Assembly (NCBI GenBank): GCA_002633005.1
Contig: NMRA01001250.1
Coordinates: 1-35,181, forward strand
Reading direction: 5' to 3'
From: Phoronis australis
Lineage: Eukaryota > Animalia > Phoronida
DNA length: 35,181 nucleotides
The notes under the pieces are model-generated. The model was not told the origin of the DNA. It did not search any database and saw nothing but the letters and a program-made list of their open reading frames with translations. Made by a program: the position numbers and the translations under genes. This document shows, one piece after another, positions 11,095 through 23,006 of this stretch. How positions within the stretch are numbered: the first letter of the stretch is position 1; the number at the start of each line of letters is the position of its first letter.

Positions 11095-12122
11095 CAAATA
11101 AAACATAGCAGCCTAAGCGACATCACAAACGCAAGGGACACAGTGACCCAGTTCAAGGGAGAACCTGAAGAAGATCAACGGGCGCACTTTGCCAAGGAAT
11201 TTCAAGCTCTGGTGTTATCAATTTGGTTTACTGCCCAAGATCTCATGGCCACTATCGGTGTACAGCATTCCGATTTCAACAGTCGAGTCTATGGAGCGGG
11301 AGGCAAACCAGCGTATCAGGAAATGGCTTGGAGGGGGGGGGGGGNTTGGGGGGGGGGGGGGTACCAGCGAGCTTCATGTCAATGGGATTATATAGCAGGG
11401 CAGTAGCTGTATCGCTTCAAGTAAGGTTTCTAGTTGAAGCAAGGGATCAGCTGGCAGAAAGTGGAATCCCCAACTGGCTGTGAACAGAGCAGAGAGCTGT
11501 CTCTGGCAAAAGGACATAGTTTAGTGGTACAGTCTGCTATAGTCGACAGGGTTTGGGTTTCGTACCGTCAACTAGAAGGAATGCGACAAATGGAAGGAGA
11601 GGAGAGACATGGTTCTCAGGGAGATTCGTGAGGAGGAAGAAGAGAAGCGTGTCGCTCGAGCAGTTGGTATTAAGGGACAAGGCGAATGGACCATATAGGA
11701 AGGAGTGCTAGGGAGGAGAATAACAGGGTGGACCTTCTCTACATGGAGCAGCACAGGCTGAAGTTTTTATTATGCTAAGTGTTTGACAACTTTATCAACT
11801 TTATCCTCACGCTATGGGAGAAGGAGAACGACTACAGATGTAGCCGCTTTTGCAACGTAGACTCCCTGCAGGGTAGCCCTGGCAGAAAGGAAATGCACTT
11901 GGCGTCATAACAAGATCCTTAAGGAAATTGCCCAATCACTGGACCTGGAAAGAGGAACCAAGCGGAAAGCAGTGAAGAAGTTTATCGACTTTACGGCAGC
12001 GGGTTGCAAGAGGGACATCAGTAACACAGGAGGAATCTTATCTATGTCTAACGATTTGTGCATGGAGACAGATCTGGGGAAACAAAGACAATTCCCTAGC
12101 CACATAGCTGCGACGTCTTTAA
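11095..12122 (+). pseudogene. Decayed non-LTR retrotransposon of the R2/NeSL group (Hero-like): post-RT region to start of the restriction-like endonuclease
   Basis: FKLWCYQFGLLPKISWPLSVYSIPISTVESMEREANQRIRKWLG; REEEEEKRVARAVGIKGQGEWT; TWRHNKILKEIAQSL; DLGKQRQFPSHIAATSL. Multiple stops and frameshifts. Confidence 0.8.
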
Positions 12123-13155
12123 AGGAGAATGTCACCCGATTTAATTAGTTTTTTTTGCCGTCTTAATCGGTCTTTATCCACATTGCCTCGCATACGGTCG
12201 ACCTTACCTTGCCAAGAGGTGTCGCGTTAACCTGTGATGAAGTTGAGAAACGACGCTAGCGACGTCAGTAGTTCATGTGCAGAGTGAATGCCACTATGTT
12301 GCGGTGCATCGTTCCCGCTTGTACGAACTAAGCAGCTGCGAGGAAAGTGGGTAAATCGTTTTTTTACTTCCTCGAAAGTCCGAAATGCTTAGGAAGTGGC
12401 TCATGGTAGTGAAGAATGAAATGTACGCTGTAAATAGCAAGTATGAGGCCGTGAAACATCTCCTTGTCTGTGGCCTGCAGACGTCGACAGTGTCTGACCC
12501 CAAAAATGCCGGCTTATCAAATAACTCCATACGTTCCGTTGTCTGAGCTTGTTCACGGCGCCACTCTAGTATTTCTTCATCACTGTATCCCTGTTCGAAT
12601 TGATAGCCTATAAAACTTAACGATCCACCTGCGAAGTCTGGACTGATGAGCTTTAGCTCGTCCTAAGTCGGGATTGCGAGTTGCCATGTTGACGTTTATT
12701 ACTGAGCGTTCTGTTTCAAAATGAATTATTCTCACCCTAACCAATACTTATATAAAACTGAAACAAAGTCTGTCTACTTAGATGCAATTTGTAATGAATT
12801 TGGAGTGTTCGTAAGTGCAAATGATTTGAGAAGTAAGCAATGAATAAATCGCTGCGTTACCGGCTTTAGGTGCAATAAAACTAATTGACGGGACACCAAG
12901 GCCGTGTGAGCTCATGCTAATTTAGTGTTTGCTGGCAGAAACTGTTGTGAAACAACTCGATTTCCATCCCACGGCCAGGTGTTAGGGGAATCTTTATTTC
13001 CTTTTTACATTACTCAAATAATGATTGTCAATGTACAACTTCTGCCCTGACGGTGCTTTGGCCAAGGCGGAACCCGTGAATTTGCGGCCCCCGAAGATGC
13101 GGTATCAATTAACGTGTGGGCCAACACTAACTTACGGTGGAATACAGCCCTTGTA
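12123..13155. mobile_element. Kolobok-like DNA transposon remnant (internally deleted)
   Basis: Begins ttaa|aggagaatgtcacc, consistent with a TTAA target and purine start. It holds a THAP remnant on + and a convergent YQFE-motif ORF start on -. The right end (ggtggaatacagccctt near 13136-13152) is only tentative. Confidence 0.5.
12296..12540 (+). pseudogene. THAP zinc-finger domain remnant
   Basis: MLRCIVPACTN*...GKSFF, frameshift, LPRKSEMLRKWLMVV...KHLLVCGLQ. This fits the THAP CxxxxC..P..W..CxxH pattern with the His lost. Confidence 0.65.
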
Positions 13156-13880
13156 TTTTTGAGTCGTTCGTTGAAAAATGTATAGTATTTGTGAACGATT
13201 TCTTAGATTGGAATGGTAACTTTTAGACCTTTGAAAATTTCCAGATGATTCCTCAAATTAATGTCAGATTTCTCAAATGCTATTCAATTGTTCGTGCTAT
13301 GGAAAAATACTTGAATGCGTTTTCCAAAAAAATTTAAATCTAAAAAGTTATATAGACCACTTTTACCTTTTTTCCAAAAAACTATTTCGCGGAAAGAGGA
13401 TGTCGGAATTCTTATTATATTATGTGCAAAAATGACATATCACCAACGGCACAAAAGAAATTCGATGTATTGGGATTTTTGGTATCAGAGAAGATGTGAA
13501 ATTTCTATTACAAACTTACACATGAATGTTGGAATGACACAAAATTGCTTTTCTTTCAGTTCCGCTTCCTGCACAGAATGCTACCTACTTATTACTTTTT
13601 TAATGAGATTTGATATGTTTACTCAAATGCGTGTACTTTTGGTAAATACTTTTCCAATCTCGAGACTTTAGAACATTTATTTTTTTAATGTGAATATGCT
13701 AACTCTTTCTGGCATGGGGTACGTCTCTGGTTAATGACTACAATGCAAGTAAAGTTTGAAATAAACAAAACGACAATTACATTTAGTTTTCAAAAGGACC
13801 AGAATAGAGTTTTGAACTGGTTTATATTACAAAGAAAAAATTTGCATTTTTAAAAAAAGAAATTTGCTAATGATCTCGTT

Positions 13881-13890
13881 GGGAGATTCC
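13881..13890 (+). promoter_or_regulatory. Candidate NF-kB site
   Basis: gggagattcc matches GGGRNNYYCC. A second half-match (gaattccc) is at 13901, and a strong donor cag|gtaagt follows at 13991/13992. Confidence 0.3.
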
Positions 13891-15209
13891 CAGATGAAAT
13901 GAATTCCCGATAGGATACGGCAGTGCCGTTTTATGTATGTGGGATACACACACTTAAGTTGTTATTTCATTATACTCCAGAGAGAACACAGGTAAGTGAA
14001 AATGACATTATTTGGGATCTTCAAGACATGTTAAGATGAATTGATTTTACGTGTAATCCAATTTCAAATGTCTACTTCGTCTTGAACTATTTGCATGACA
14101 CTATCAACCCATCACGTTATATATTTTCTGAATCTAAGAAATCAAGGCAATCTATTCATGCCATTCTCAAAGCTTCCATTCCTGTAGTAATGTCACCATT
14201 TGGTTAAATTGTTACGAGAAAAAATACAATGAGTTTAATAGTTTTAGTTTTTCAAAGGCACAATCTGTGTGTCATGTCTCAGATTTTGTATTGAAGCTTA
14301 CATTATTTTTATGTTTAGTTTAAATTCAAGTGTCCCATCATTGTTACGAAAGCCTTTTTGGGGATGAAAAATATCAACTCAACTGATGGAAAATCCCTAA
14401 TGAGCATTGTTATCAAAGTTTTAATACAAAAAGTTTAATGAATGACGGTCGAGGGAATCTTTCCCTGTCAGTTTACATTAAAAAAACAGTTTTTCCTAAA
14501 AACATTTATCTTGTGACCACAAGAACGGCACAGTGTTCTGAACGGTATGACTAGATTTGCCATAACTTACACTAATAGAAACTTCTTTTTAATGTTTTGA
14601 AAGTTGCTTGTAATAGACATTTTAAGATATGAAAACGATATTTTATTAGGGAAAATAGCTTCCTTTAATCAGGTACATCAGCACATTCACAAACTTTGAA
14701 AAATTAAAAATACATGATGTCGAAAGTCAAAGAAGTTTGGACGCACAAAACCTCTGCCAAATGTCCCATCCTTTCAAGTAAAACCCACTTTAGTTCTGGC
14801 TTAGTTTCAACAAATCTTCAACAGGTGTTGCTCCATGCACTGTGTCAACCACGCTCATTCGATGCGAAGTTCGTCTATTTCCGTGTTATCTTGTAGTATT
14901 TATAGCTACAAGGTGTATTTAATCGTTTTGACGTGGTTTCCTTATTAACTTCGAATAAATTGAGATTCCTAGATTATCACGTCAAACCACAAAGCTATGT
15001 GGATAGGAACTGATATCTTGGTAATCGTCTCCATTGCATCTCCCGTTCAGTATATTTAAATGCATCTTACATCATCGAATTTGCAAACTTCGAACTAAGG
15101 ATACCGACATTAAGTACCCTCGTTCATTACCTAAATTTCTTAGTTAACCTTGAACTAAAATCGCCACTGTCTGAAGATTAGGCATTTGTCACCTCGGCCC
15201 TTTAGGGTA

Positions 15210-17069
15210 CAGCACACATCACGAATTTTTGGCCGACCGGTCGGAAATTGGTCGACGACCGGCCGTCGACCGGTCGTCTAGTCGACCAGCAGCCGACCAA
15301 CATCGGTCGGCTAGGAGCCGTCTACTGAGTCGCCTCCGTGGTCGGCACTTGGGTCGGCTAAGTGGTCGCCTAGCGTAGACGACCAATTCGGATTAAGCGT
15401 GTCCTTGGTCGGCAATTACCATTTTATGACTTAACGGGTGAACTTTGGCCAAACAAACATTTTACTGTTCGCTGTTAGTTCACCACTGGCAACTCAGGTC
15501 TTGACATCGGTTTATAAAGTTTTGTTCAACTATTGAAAGGAAATAAAATCGAATCAACCTACAAATACGAAGTGCGTGACATTACACCAGCCTAAAACTT
15601 TATGTTGAATTAATGACGGCGTGGTAAAATCAAACGTTAAGTGATATCGCGGAAGCATAATTTCTAAATTTAGATATGAGACTTTTTATACAGTACATTT
15701 TGCACAAAAACAAGCACGAAATTTGAAATTTACAGTAAAATTGCATAACAATCAGAATACAACACTCAATACACGACCTCAAGTGTTTTCATGCAGCGGA
15801 ATGCTCAACAAGCATCANNNNNNNNNNNNNNNNNNNNNNNNNNNNNNNNNNNNNNNNNNNNNNNNNNNNNNNNNNNNNNNNNNNNNNNNNNNNNNNNNNN
15901 NNNNNNNNNNNNNNNNNNNNNNNNNNNNNNNNNNNNNNNNNNNNNNNNNNNNNNNNNNNNNNNNNNNNNNNNNNNNNNNNNNNNNNNNNNNNNNNNNNNN
16001 NNNNNNNNNNNNNNNNNNNNNNNNNNNNNNNNNNNNNNNNNNNNNNNNNNNNNNNNNNNNNNNNNNNNNNNNNNNNNNNNNNNNNNNNNNNNNNNNNNNN
16101 NNNNNNNNNNNNNNNNNNNNNNNNNNNNNNNNNNNNNNNNNNNNNNNNNNNNNNNNNNNNNNNNNNNNNNNNNNNNNNNNNNNNNNNNNNNNNNNNNNNN
16201 NNNNNNNNNNNNNNNNNNNNNNNNNNNNNNNNNNNNNNNNNNNNNNNNNNNNNNNNNNNNNNNNNNNNNNNNNNNNNNNNNNNNNNNNNNNNNNNNNNNN
16301 NNNNNNNNNNNNNNNNNNNNNNNNNNNNNNNNNNNNNNNNNNNNNNNNNNNNNNNNNNNNNNNNNNNNNNNNNNNNNNNNNNNNNNNNNNNNNNNNNNNN
16401 NNNNNNNNNNNNNNNNNNNNNNNNNNNNNNNNNNNNNNNNNNNNNNNNNNNNNNNNNNNNNNNNNNNNNNNNNNNNNNNNNNNNNNNNNNNNNNNNTCAA
16501 CTGCGGGCGAAGACTGCTAAAATAGCTGCGTTTACAAAATGACTACAGCGTTGTATTGACCGGGAAGCAACCGATCTAATACATCTTGTTAACGTCACGA
16601 GTCAAATTAAAGATCAAATGTAAAGAAAACTTTCACGTTTTTCATCCAAAACTTGTTGCATTGTTCATAATCCAATGTTTACTATTACCGCTTGCCTTCA
16701 ACCTTCGAATTAGTGGTATTACACAACAGACGTGAACTCGTGTAACCGAGACAGTAAAACTAGGTTAATTTATTTGACCCTGTGCTAAGACGAATATGCA
16801 TCGACACGCAAAGTGGCATCAGCCTGACAACCTATTACGCAACTGCTACTCTAGCCTAAAAATAGCAGCCGACCAGCTGGTTGGCTGATGGCCGGTCGGC
16901 TGAAGGGTCGGCTGAAGGGTCGACTGGGGAGTCGCCTTATGAGTCGGCACTGCGGGCGGCTGCCGGTCGGCTAATTTTTAGCCGACCGGTCGGCAAATTA
17001 GACGACCGGTCGACGGCTAGTCGTCGACCAATTTCCGACCGGGCGGCCAAAAATTCGTGATGTGTGCTG
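15210..17069. mobile_element. TA-flanked TIR DNA element (Tc1/mariner-like by target site) spanning an assembly gap
   Basis: ~71-bp TIRs starting cagcacacatcacgaatttttggccg with 3 mismatches. TA flanks both ends (15208-15209, 17070-17071). The subtermini are rich in gtcgg/ccgac repeats. No transposase is visible in the sequenced part. Confidence 0.9.
15818..16496. other. Assembly gap (N run)
   Basis: Run of N. Confidence 1.
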
Positions 17070-17561
17070 TAATTCAATCCATCTTGATTGTAAGAAAAGA
17101 AAGGCTTTGTAAGCTTTCATACATAAACAAGGTCAGGTAAATTATGCATTTTTTTCAACAACTAAGCAATTTTGTACCAAGAATTCCCCAAAACACAACA
17201 ACTTTTCTTGAACGAACTTGGAATGCCATGCCTTTTTGTAATATAACGTCATGCACGATATATCAACCAATAACGACAGTCTAGCGGCACATGATCTATG
17301 TTTGCATTGGACAGAGATTAGATTTCAAGTTGCTTAGTGCGTGCGTTTGATAAAAAGTGTGCAGCATTTTGTTTTGGTGACTGTGGTCAAACTTTTTGAC
17401 ACTTAGTTTGAGTGCAGTGTAAAATGCTGTGAAAACGCTCAAGCATTCTGGCTTTCAAGGTAAGATTGAAACGATTGGTTGAAAACTGCGTTGCCTGAAA
17501 TAAGGTTTGAAATGACAACAACATTTTAAAATTTGAAGCTTTTTTGCTTGGTTTTGGCCGC

Positions 17562-17608
17562 TGACGTCACTCAATACTATCTATGGTTATGAGTCATCGG
17601 GAAATTCG
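17562..17608 (+). promoter_or_regulatory. Candidate inducible enhancer cluster: CRE + AP-1 + NF-kB-like
   Basis: tgacgtca at 17562-17569, tgagtca at 17590-17596 and gggaaattcg at 17599-17608 (1 mismatch to GGGAAATTCC). It lies ~100 bp after a candidate donor aag|gtaaga at 17460. Confidence 0.4.
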
Positions 17609-18454
17609 AGCGCCTGTGGTTTTGGCGAGCAATGAAGTTGGTGGTTAATTGTCACAGTGGAGGAAAGAAATTGAACCTTCAATCCATATGCCTTTATGGG
17701 AATAACACTGTCCCAGTTCCTGAAAACTCCATTAAAAAGAGGAAGGTCCTATTTTGCGGCAAAGATTTATCAAGCTCTCTCTATATCTGCATGATAGCAA
17801 GTAGAGTCATAATAAAAACAACGGATTTAAAACGGTATGACATGTTTCGGTGTCGTTTATTTAAACACCGTCATCAGAAGAAGAAAGAACATAGTGGCCA
17901 CCTAGCTAGGAGCAAAAACAAGTGATGAAACACAGACACAGTCAGTTACAGGGAGTGACTATAAACTAGACCAACAGTGACAACATGTGGTGTGCCAGTT
18001 GCCCATTGATACTAATATATAATATACATTTAACGTTGTACGGAAAATGTTGACTGTTGTACCAATTTAGCGACAACATACTTTTCTAGGCTATTACAAA
18101 TGAATTATAAGCAGCTTGGCCCAATACCGTCACATGGAACGCTGACAAAAGTTTGACAAAATTGCCAAAAACTTCTACATTGGAGTGACATTAAGTGCAT
18201 GAACATTGAAAGTTGAATATTCATTTTATATTGTGGTTGTTGTTGAGTTTATTGATAAATATGTAAGATAAATGGGGGTGCAGACAGTCTTACCAGGTAA
18301 TAATGTATTTTTGTTTGTGGGTTTCTTTTTGTTCGATAGTCTGTAGCCTACAGTCACACGCACATTATATGTCTCTCTTGTTGTTGTTGTTGTTGACCAA
18401 GCGTTTTACACACGTATAATAATAATACCGTAACAGTGGCTCATAAAACTTTTT

Positions 18455-18542
18455 TATGATATGATACGAGTAATGATACGATTTTCAATACGGTGAACGA
18501 TTTACGATTCACGATACGATACGATACGATTTTCAATACGGT
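18455..18542. repeat. (cgata)n-type short repeats, typical of hAT/Ac subtermini
   Basis: gatacgattttcaatacggt occurs twice, plus acgatacgatacgatacgat. Confidence 0.55.
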
Positions 18543-19742
18543 TAAACCTGAAACAATTAATAAAGATAATACAATATCTAATACAAATTGAAGTACCAAA
18601 TACACCATACTAAAATACAGAAAATTGCATACCTAATAATATTATATCAAATCACAATTTGGCAAACAATAGTTAGCAGAAACTTGTAGTTACAACAATT
18701 TCTATTGCAACACTTTCTATGAGTTAATCAAATAATCAAAGAACTGAGAATAGTTGTTTCTAAAGTCAAAGTTTATAGTAAAACATCAAGAAACAAAGTT
18801 GTCTCTTACCAACGCTGGGTATCTGTGATATTTTTGAAGCAAGCAGCAGCCTCTCTCCAAGCAATATGAATTCTAGAGTAGCTAACAGAATATTTATACT
18901 GAACACAAGAAAGGTGGGCGAGATAATTCAAAACATGAAAACCCACAAACTTCCTCCAAAATGCTACATCTAGTTCCAAAACAATTCTCTGAACAAGGTC
19001 GCTGGTTCCAAAACAATTCTGTGAATCAATCTGCTGGACTCCAGCAATGAACCCAAGTCATTACCAATTATGGTGCAGGACAATCAAGAGTTGAGTAATT
19101 CCGATGGACAAATAACAGATTATTGTTGTTGTCGGAAATGCCTCATCCCAAAGCTGACAGGTTTTCAAAGACTTTAAGTTACACAACTTGCAAAACAAGG
19201 CACAATTGTTATTATAAACATCCCACAACTGGTAACAGACATGTGGTGAATCACTTCCCATGAACTCCTAGGAGGTTACAAATTTTGGTAAACAAACAAT
19301 ACGTTTATTTAAAAATACACTAGTCACTAAAATTGCATAACATTGTTTCTAATCAGACTAATTATCTACAGCATCAAAAATGTCACTAACATCATAGTTT
19401 TCCACAGGTCACATTTCTTATCCTGTCGACAAAATTTGTGTATCGTCAGTAGCTAGAGGCCTGTTGTTTTGAGGATGAATTTTGCTTTTTTCTTTGCAGA
19501 GCCATAGCTCAGGCACCCGTTGGCATCGTTACCAGTTTTTACCATTCAATGTTTCAAACTGCTGGTCACTGTGTTTGTTGCACGGCAGTTTCCAATGTGT
19601 TTCAGTCAAAGACATCACATAGACCGGGCGCACGCGCTACTGCAACTTGACGCCATATTGTAATGTTTCTAGTCACGTGACACGATAAATTGGCGTGTAA
19701 ACCTAGGACCAAGAATTCCCAGGTGTAAACAAACGGGGTCAA

Positions 19743-19831
19743 TCTTGCTGGTTCCCTGCGTGCATAGCCCAGCCAGCACGCATGCTGGCGCGGTTACCGC
19801 CCCACCTACCGGCACGCAGGGAACCAGCCAG
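19743..19831. mobile_element. Small hairpin MITE with a 9-bp flanking direct repeat
   Basis: Perfect 17-bp inverted repeat gctggttccctgcgtgc (19747-19763) / gcacgcagggaaccagc (19812-19828). cggggtcaa flanks it at 19734-19742 and 19832-19840. A related end lies at 28128-28165. Confidence 0.75.
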
Positions 19832-22542
19832 CGGGGTCAAATTGCCCTTTTCAACGTGCGATATCTGACAAATAAAAAACCGGAATAGCGTGAGTTTTTC
19901 CATAAACACAAAAAATGTGATGTAACACTTACATGCGTTTTTAGGAGTTATTCAGTAGATAATTAGGAAAATATCATACTAATAGAAGTTCGCAGCAAGT
20001 GGCAGATGCCAGAGTGACCTGTGCGCCGTTCGCTTGTCATGAATCCGCTGCAAGCGATTTAGTATTTTCAAGAGAAACCAGATGGCGCACACTAATTATT
20101 TAATTAATGTCACTTGAAGTGTTCAGGAGTATACAGGGTCGTGCCGCTCACGCGGGTGGTATGTACTTTCGCCCAAGGTAAACGGTTGGGTGTGTTTCCA
20201 CTCGGTTTCGAGTGAGAAATTCTGTATTTTCGGTTTAGGTCAGGACCACAAACAAAGCAGTGCAAATTTTACAGACTGTCCAACGTCGACTTCGGCATGA
20301 GTACAGATTTTGGATATAATTGTTTTGCTACAGCAGAAAAATATCTGGTTATGGAATACATATTAATCAATTAGTTATCAAAGGAGTGTATATTTCAAAA
20401 AATATATGTTATTCACAAATATGAACTGATTTCGGCATGCAGAGGTTGTTTTTCTGAACAAGCGAAAACACATACGATTGTCATCTAATACCTCATTTGT
20501 AATAGGTTCAGTAAACACACAGCATCATGTGCTGATCAATAATTATTTTTAATCGATATGGTCTCAATCATCAAGGCAAAAGTGAAACAACGCATGGTCG
20601 CACAGTTTAAAGTCCTTCTCTCACGCGTTGTTAACCCTTATTACATGGTTAGAAGATGTTATAAGGATCCAAGAAGTACCTACCCCATAACTAATACACG
20701 ATCCGTACTCGAAAACAGTTTAAATGAACGCGCCACTCACGATTCGCTCCCGAAGAAACACTGCCATTTTGAACTTGCCGCGAACCCGGAAGTACAATTC
20801 ATTCAGGAACCCAGGCCGAGAAAACGCCGTCAGTGCGACTGGAGCAGTCCCTGTACTGTTACTAGCCAGCAAACGGGGATAAAAAAATCGACAGCGCGCC
20901 TTAATTTTGATAAAATCAAACTACGGACAATTTTATGGAATTTGCTGAAGAAATGTGGCGAATAAATTTTGACAGAAATTATTTTGCTAGACTCGGGACC
21001 GCAGCCTATCGGACCCGGTGCGGATCGAGACCAGACACTGGCGAACGGTAAATGCATGCGGTTGCAAGCTGTTTTGTCGAAGTAAAATGGTCAAATGATA
21101 AATGCTGCATATATTCAAGGGTAGTTTCAGACACTTGCATGAAATTACGGGCTGGTTAGTCCTGTGTCACACTGCCGCGGCAGACCTTAGTTAGCCTCAG
21201 TCACCAGCTACCAGTGAAGACTATAGTCAAAATACAGCTTGTTAGTAGACTAATACAGCTTTGCGCCAAGACTACCCGCCTAACTGGTCGCTGGCCACAA
21301 ACACAAAAAACACAAAAATTGAACAAAGTTTCTTTTTTGTAGCAACGTTTGTCAAAATGTATCAACGTTAAATACTCACAAATTACAAAGTAGCCAACTG
21401 AACATGCCTTTCAGTTCAGCAAAAGTTGACATTGTAGGTGCCGCCAGAAATGAGACGAAGTCCAACGGGAATTGTGAGCACATTTATCACTTAATGAGTA
21501 ACAACTGCGAGGCTGAAATTTGGTGAGCACTAGTGCTAAATCGTGCAGAATAGTAAGTATAGATATGTCTAACTAAATTTCACGGTAATTTGTTGGCGAA
21601 AACAATTTACACAAAGTAGCTCATCCCGCTGTCCTCCAATATGGCCGACGCGATCCAAACAAAGTGACCCATATTTCGCCACAAAACTTGCAATAACTTT
21701 ACAGTGCTTGCCCCGATTTTGTTACTTTTTCGATTTTTACTGAGTAGAATGTACTACCTTTCCGATGATTACAAAGTACTTTTTCAAAACGAGGAAAAAG
21801 ATAAAACCGAAAAAAATTGGTTCGACCCATATTGCTTCCTATGTTCGACCCGCCTACGTAAGGAACTAAACACCAATGCTATTTTAACATACTAAGTACG
21901 CGTAACATTCCAAAAAAATCAACGACCACTACCTACAAACTATAAATACACTACATATGCAAACGAATCACGATATATTACTAATAAAACAAAATAATGA
22001 AGACTTTTCGAGCAAGCCATAGGACATTCAGTTACAAGGAAAAAATGGCGGCGTTCAGGACAAGTTCCTGTACTGATGAGCCGGAAATGTAGGTACGGAA
22101 ATAAGCAATGACAACCGGTAATCATACGCTCAGAGAGAAGGGTCAAATACTATTAAAAAATCGTTTTTGGCAAGAAAGGCGAAAAGAATATAAAGAAAGG
22201 GTGTCGAAAATAAGAATTTATGTAGTAAGTATTTTCGGATACTGGAACCACATGGGCAGTTTGCAAGAAGGATTTTAAACTATGATTGCGGAACCTAAAA
22301 AATCTAGTGGCAGCACCATTTAACTCCATAGCCAATCCAAAAGACCCAATGGCCAAACTAAATGACTCAATGACAGGACTAAAAAATGGCTGCGTTGCAT
22401 AAACTCAACGCCTCGGGATCCCAACTTAGGTCTTTAGATGCAGGAACATAATTCAAGCGGTAGAGCCATGCATTGTAACCCATTGATCAACTGTTATTTT
22501 TAACAAAAGGCAAGTTCGTCTACTACATCACAAACATCTTAC

Positions 22543-22808
22543 CAGGGGCGGATCCAGGATTTTGAGTTAGGGGGGGGCCAGGGCACAGAAATAACCAGAA
22601 TTTCGGCAGATGCACGCACCCAGCCTAAAATGCGGGGATGTAGGGGTCTCGAATTTTTGGGTTTGCGTGACTAAAAAAAGGAAAACGGAGGTTTTTCAGG
22701 GCCTATGAATTGTTTATTCACCCCCCGAACCCCCCTAGTTGTGTGGTATCTGGTAGAATTTTAAGGGGGAGACATGGCCCCCTTGCCCCCCCCCNAAAAC
22801 CGCCACTG
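22543..22808. mobile_element. hAT-like MITE
   Basis: Termini caggggcggatcc / aaaaccgccactg with G-run and C-run subtermini. Flanks are cttac / attac. Confidence 0.7.
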
Positions 22809-23006
22809 ATTACCATCAATTATCATAATGACAACTGTCAGACATTTTGCTCGAGACCCATAGACTGTCAATTAAAAGTAACGACTACTGCAAAATGCAT
22901 GCACGCACCCAGCCTTAAGTTTTGAGAATGTGGACATTTTATTAAGATTCACAGATTTCCAGTCTGCACAATTGCACCAATGTCATACATCAGAAGAATG
23001 GTTGTG

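Noticed and set aside
10870-11406. 178-aa ORF
   Set aside because: It is an off-frame read across AT-rich DNA and the Hero-like relic. The meaningful motifs are in another frame, and it crosses a low-quality G run containing an N.
12643-12670. Hammerhead ribozyme core (ctgatgag + short stem)
   Set aside because: No GAAA follows stem II and no stems I/III are evident.
14780-15060. Possible Tc1/mariner transposase C-terminus on the - strand (PDISPI..LW; HGATPVEDLL)
   Set aside because: Several indels are needed to see the motifs; too degraded to support without a profile search.
15723-16525. Long ORFs of 231-265 aa in the ORF track
   Set aside because: They are artefacts of translating through the N gap.
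18790-18970. Possible hAT dimerisation domain relic on the - strand (FWRK...HLS...KY...GER...KNITD)
   Set aside because: Only scattered residues across frames; suggestive next to the cgata repeats but not supportable.
22074-22110. Hammerhead ribozyme core (ctgatgagccg...cggaaa)
   Set aside because: The stem II closing pair and the flanking stems do not fit the consensus.
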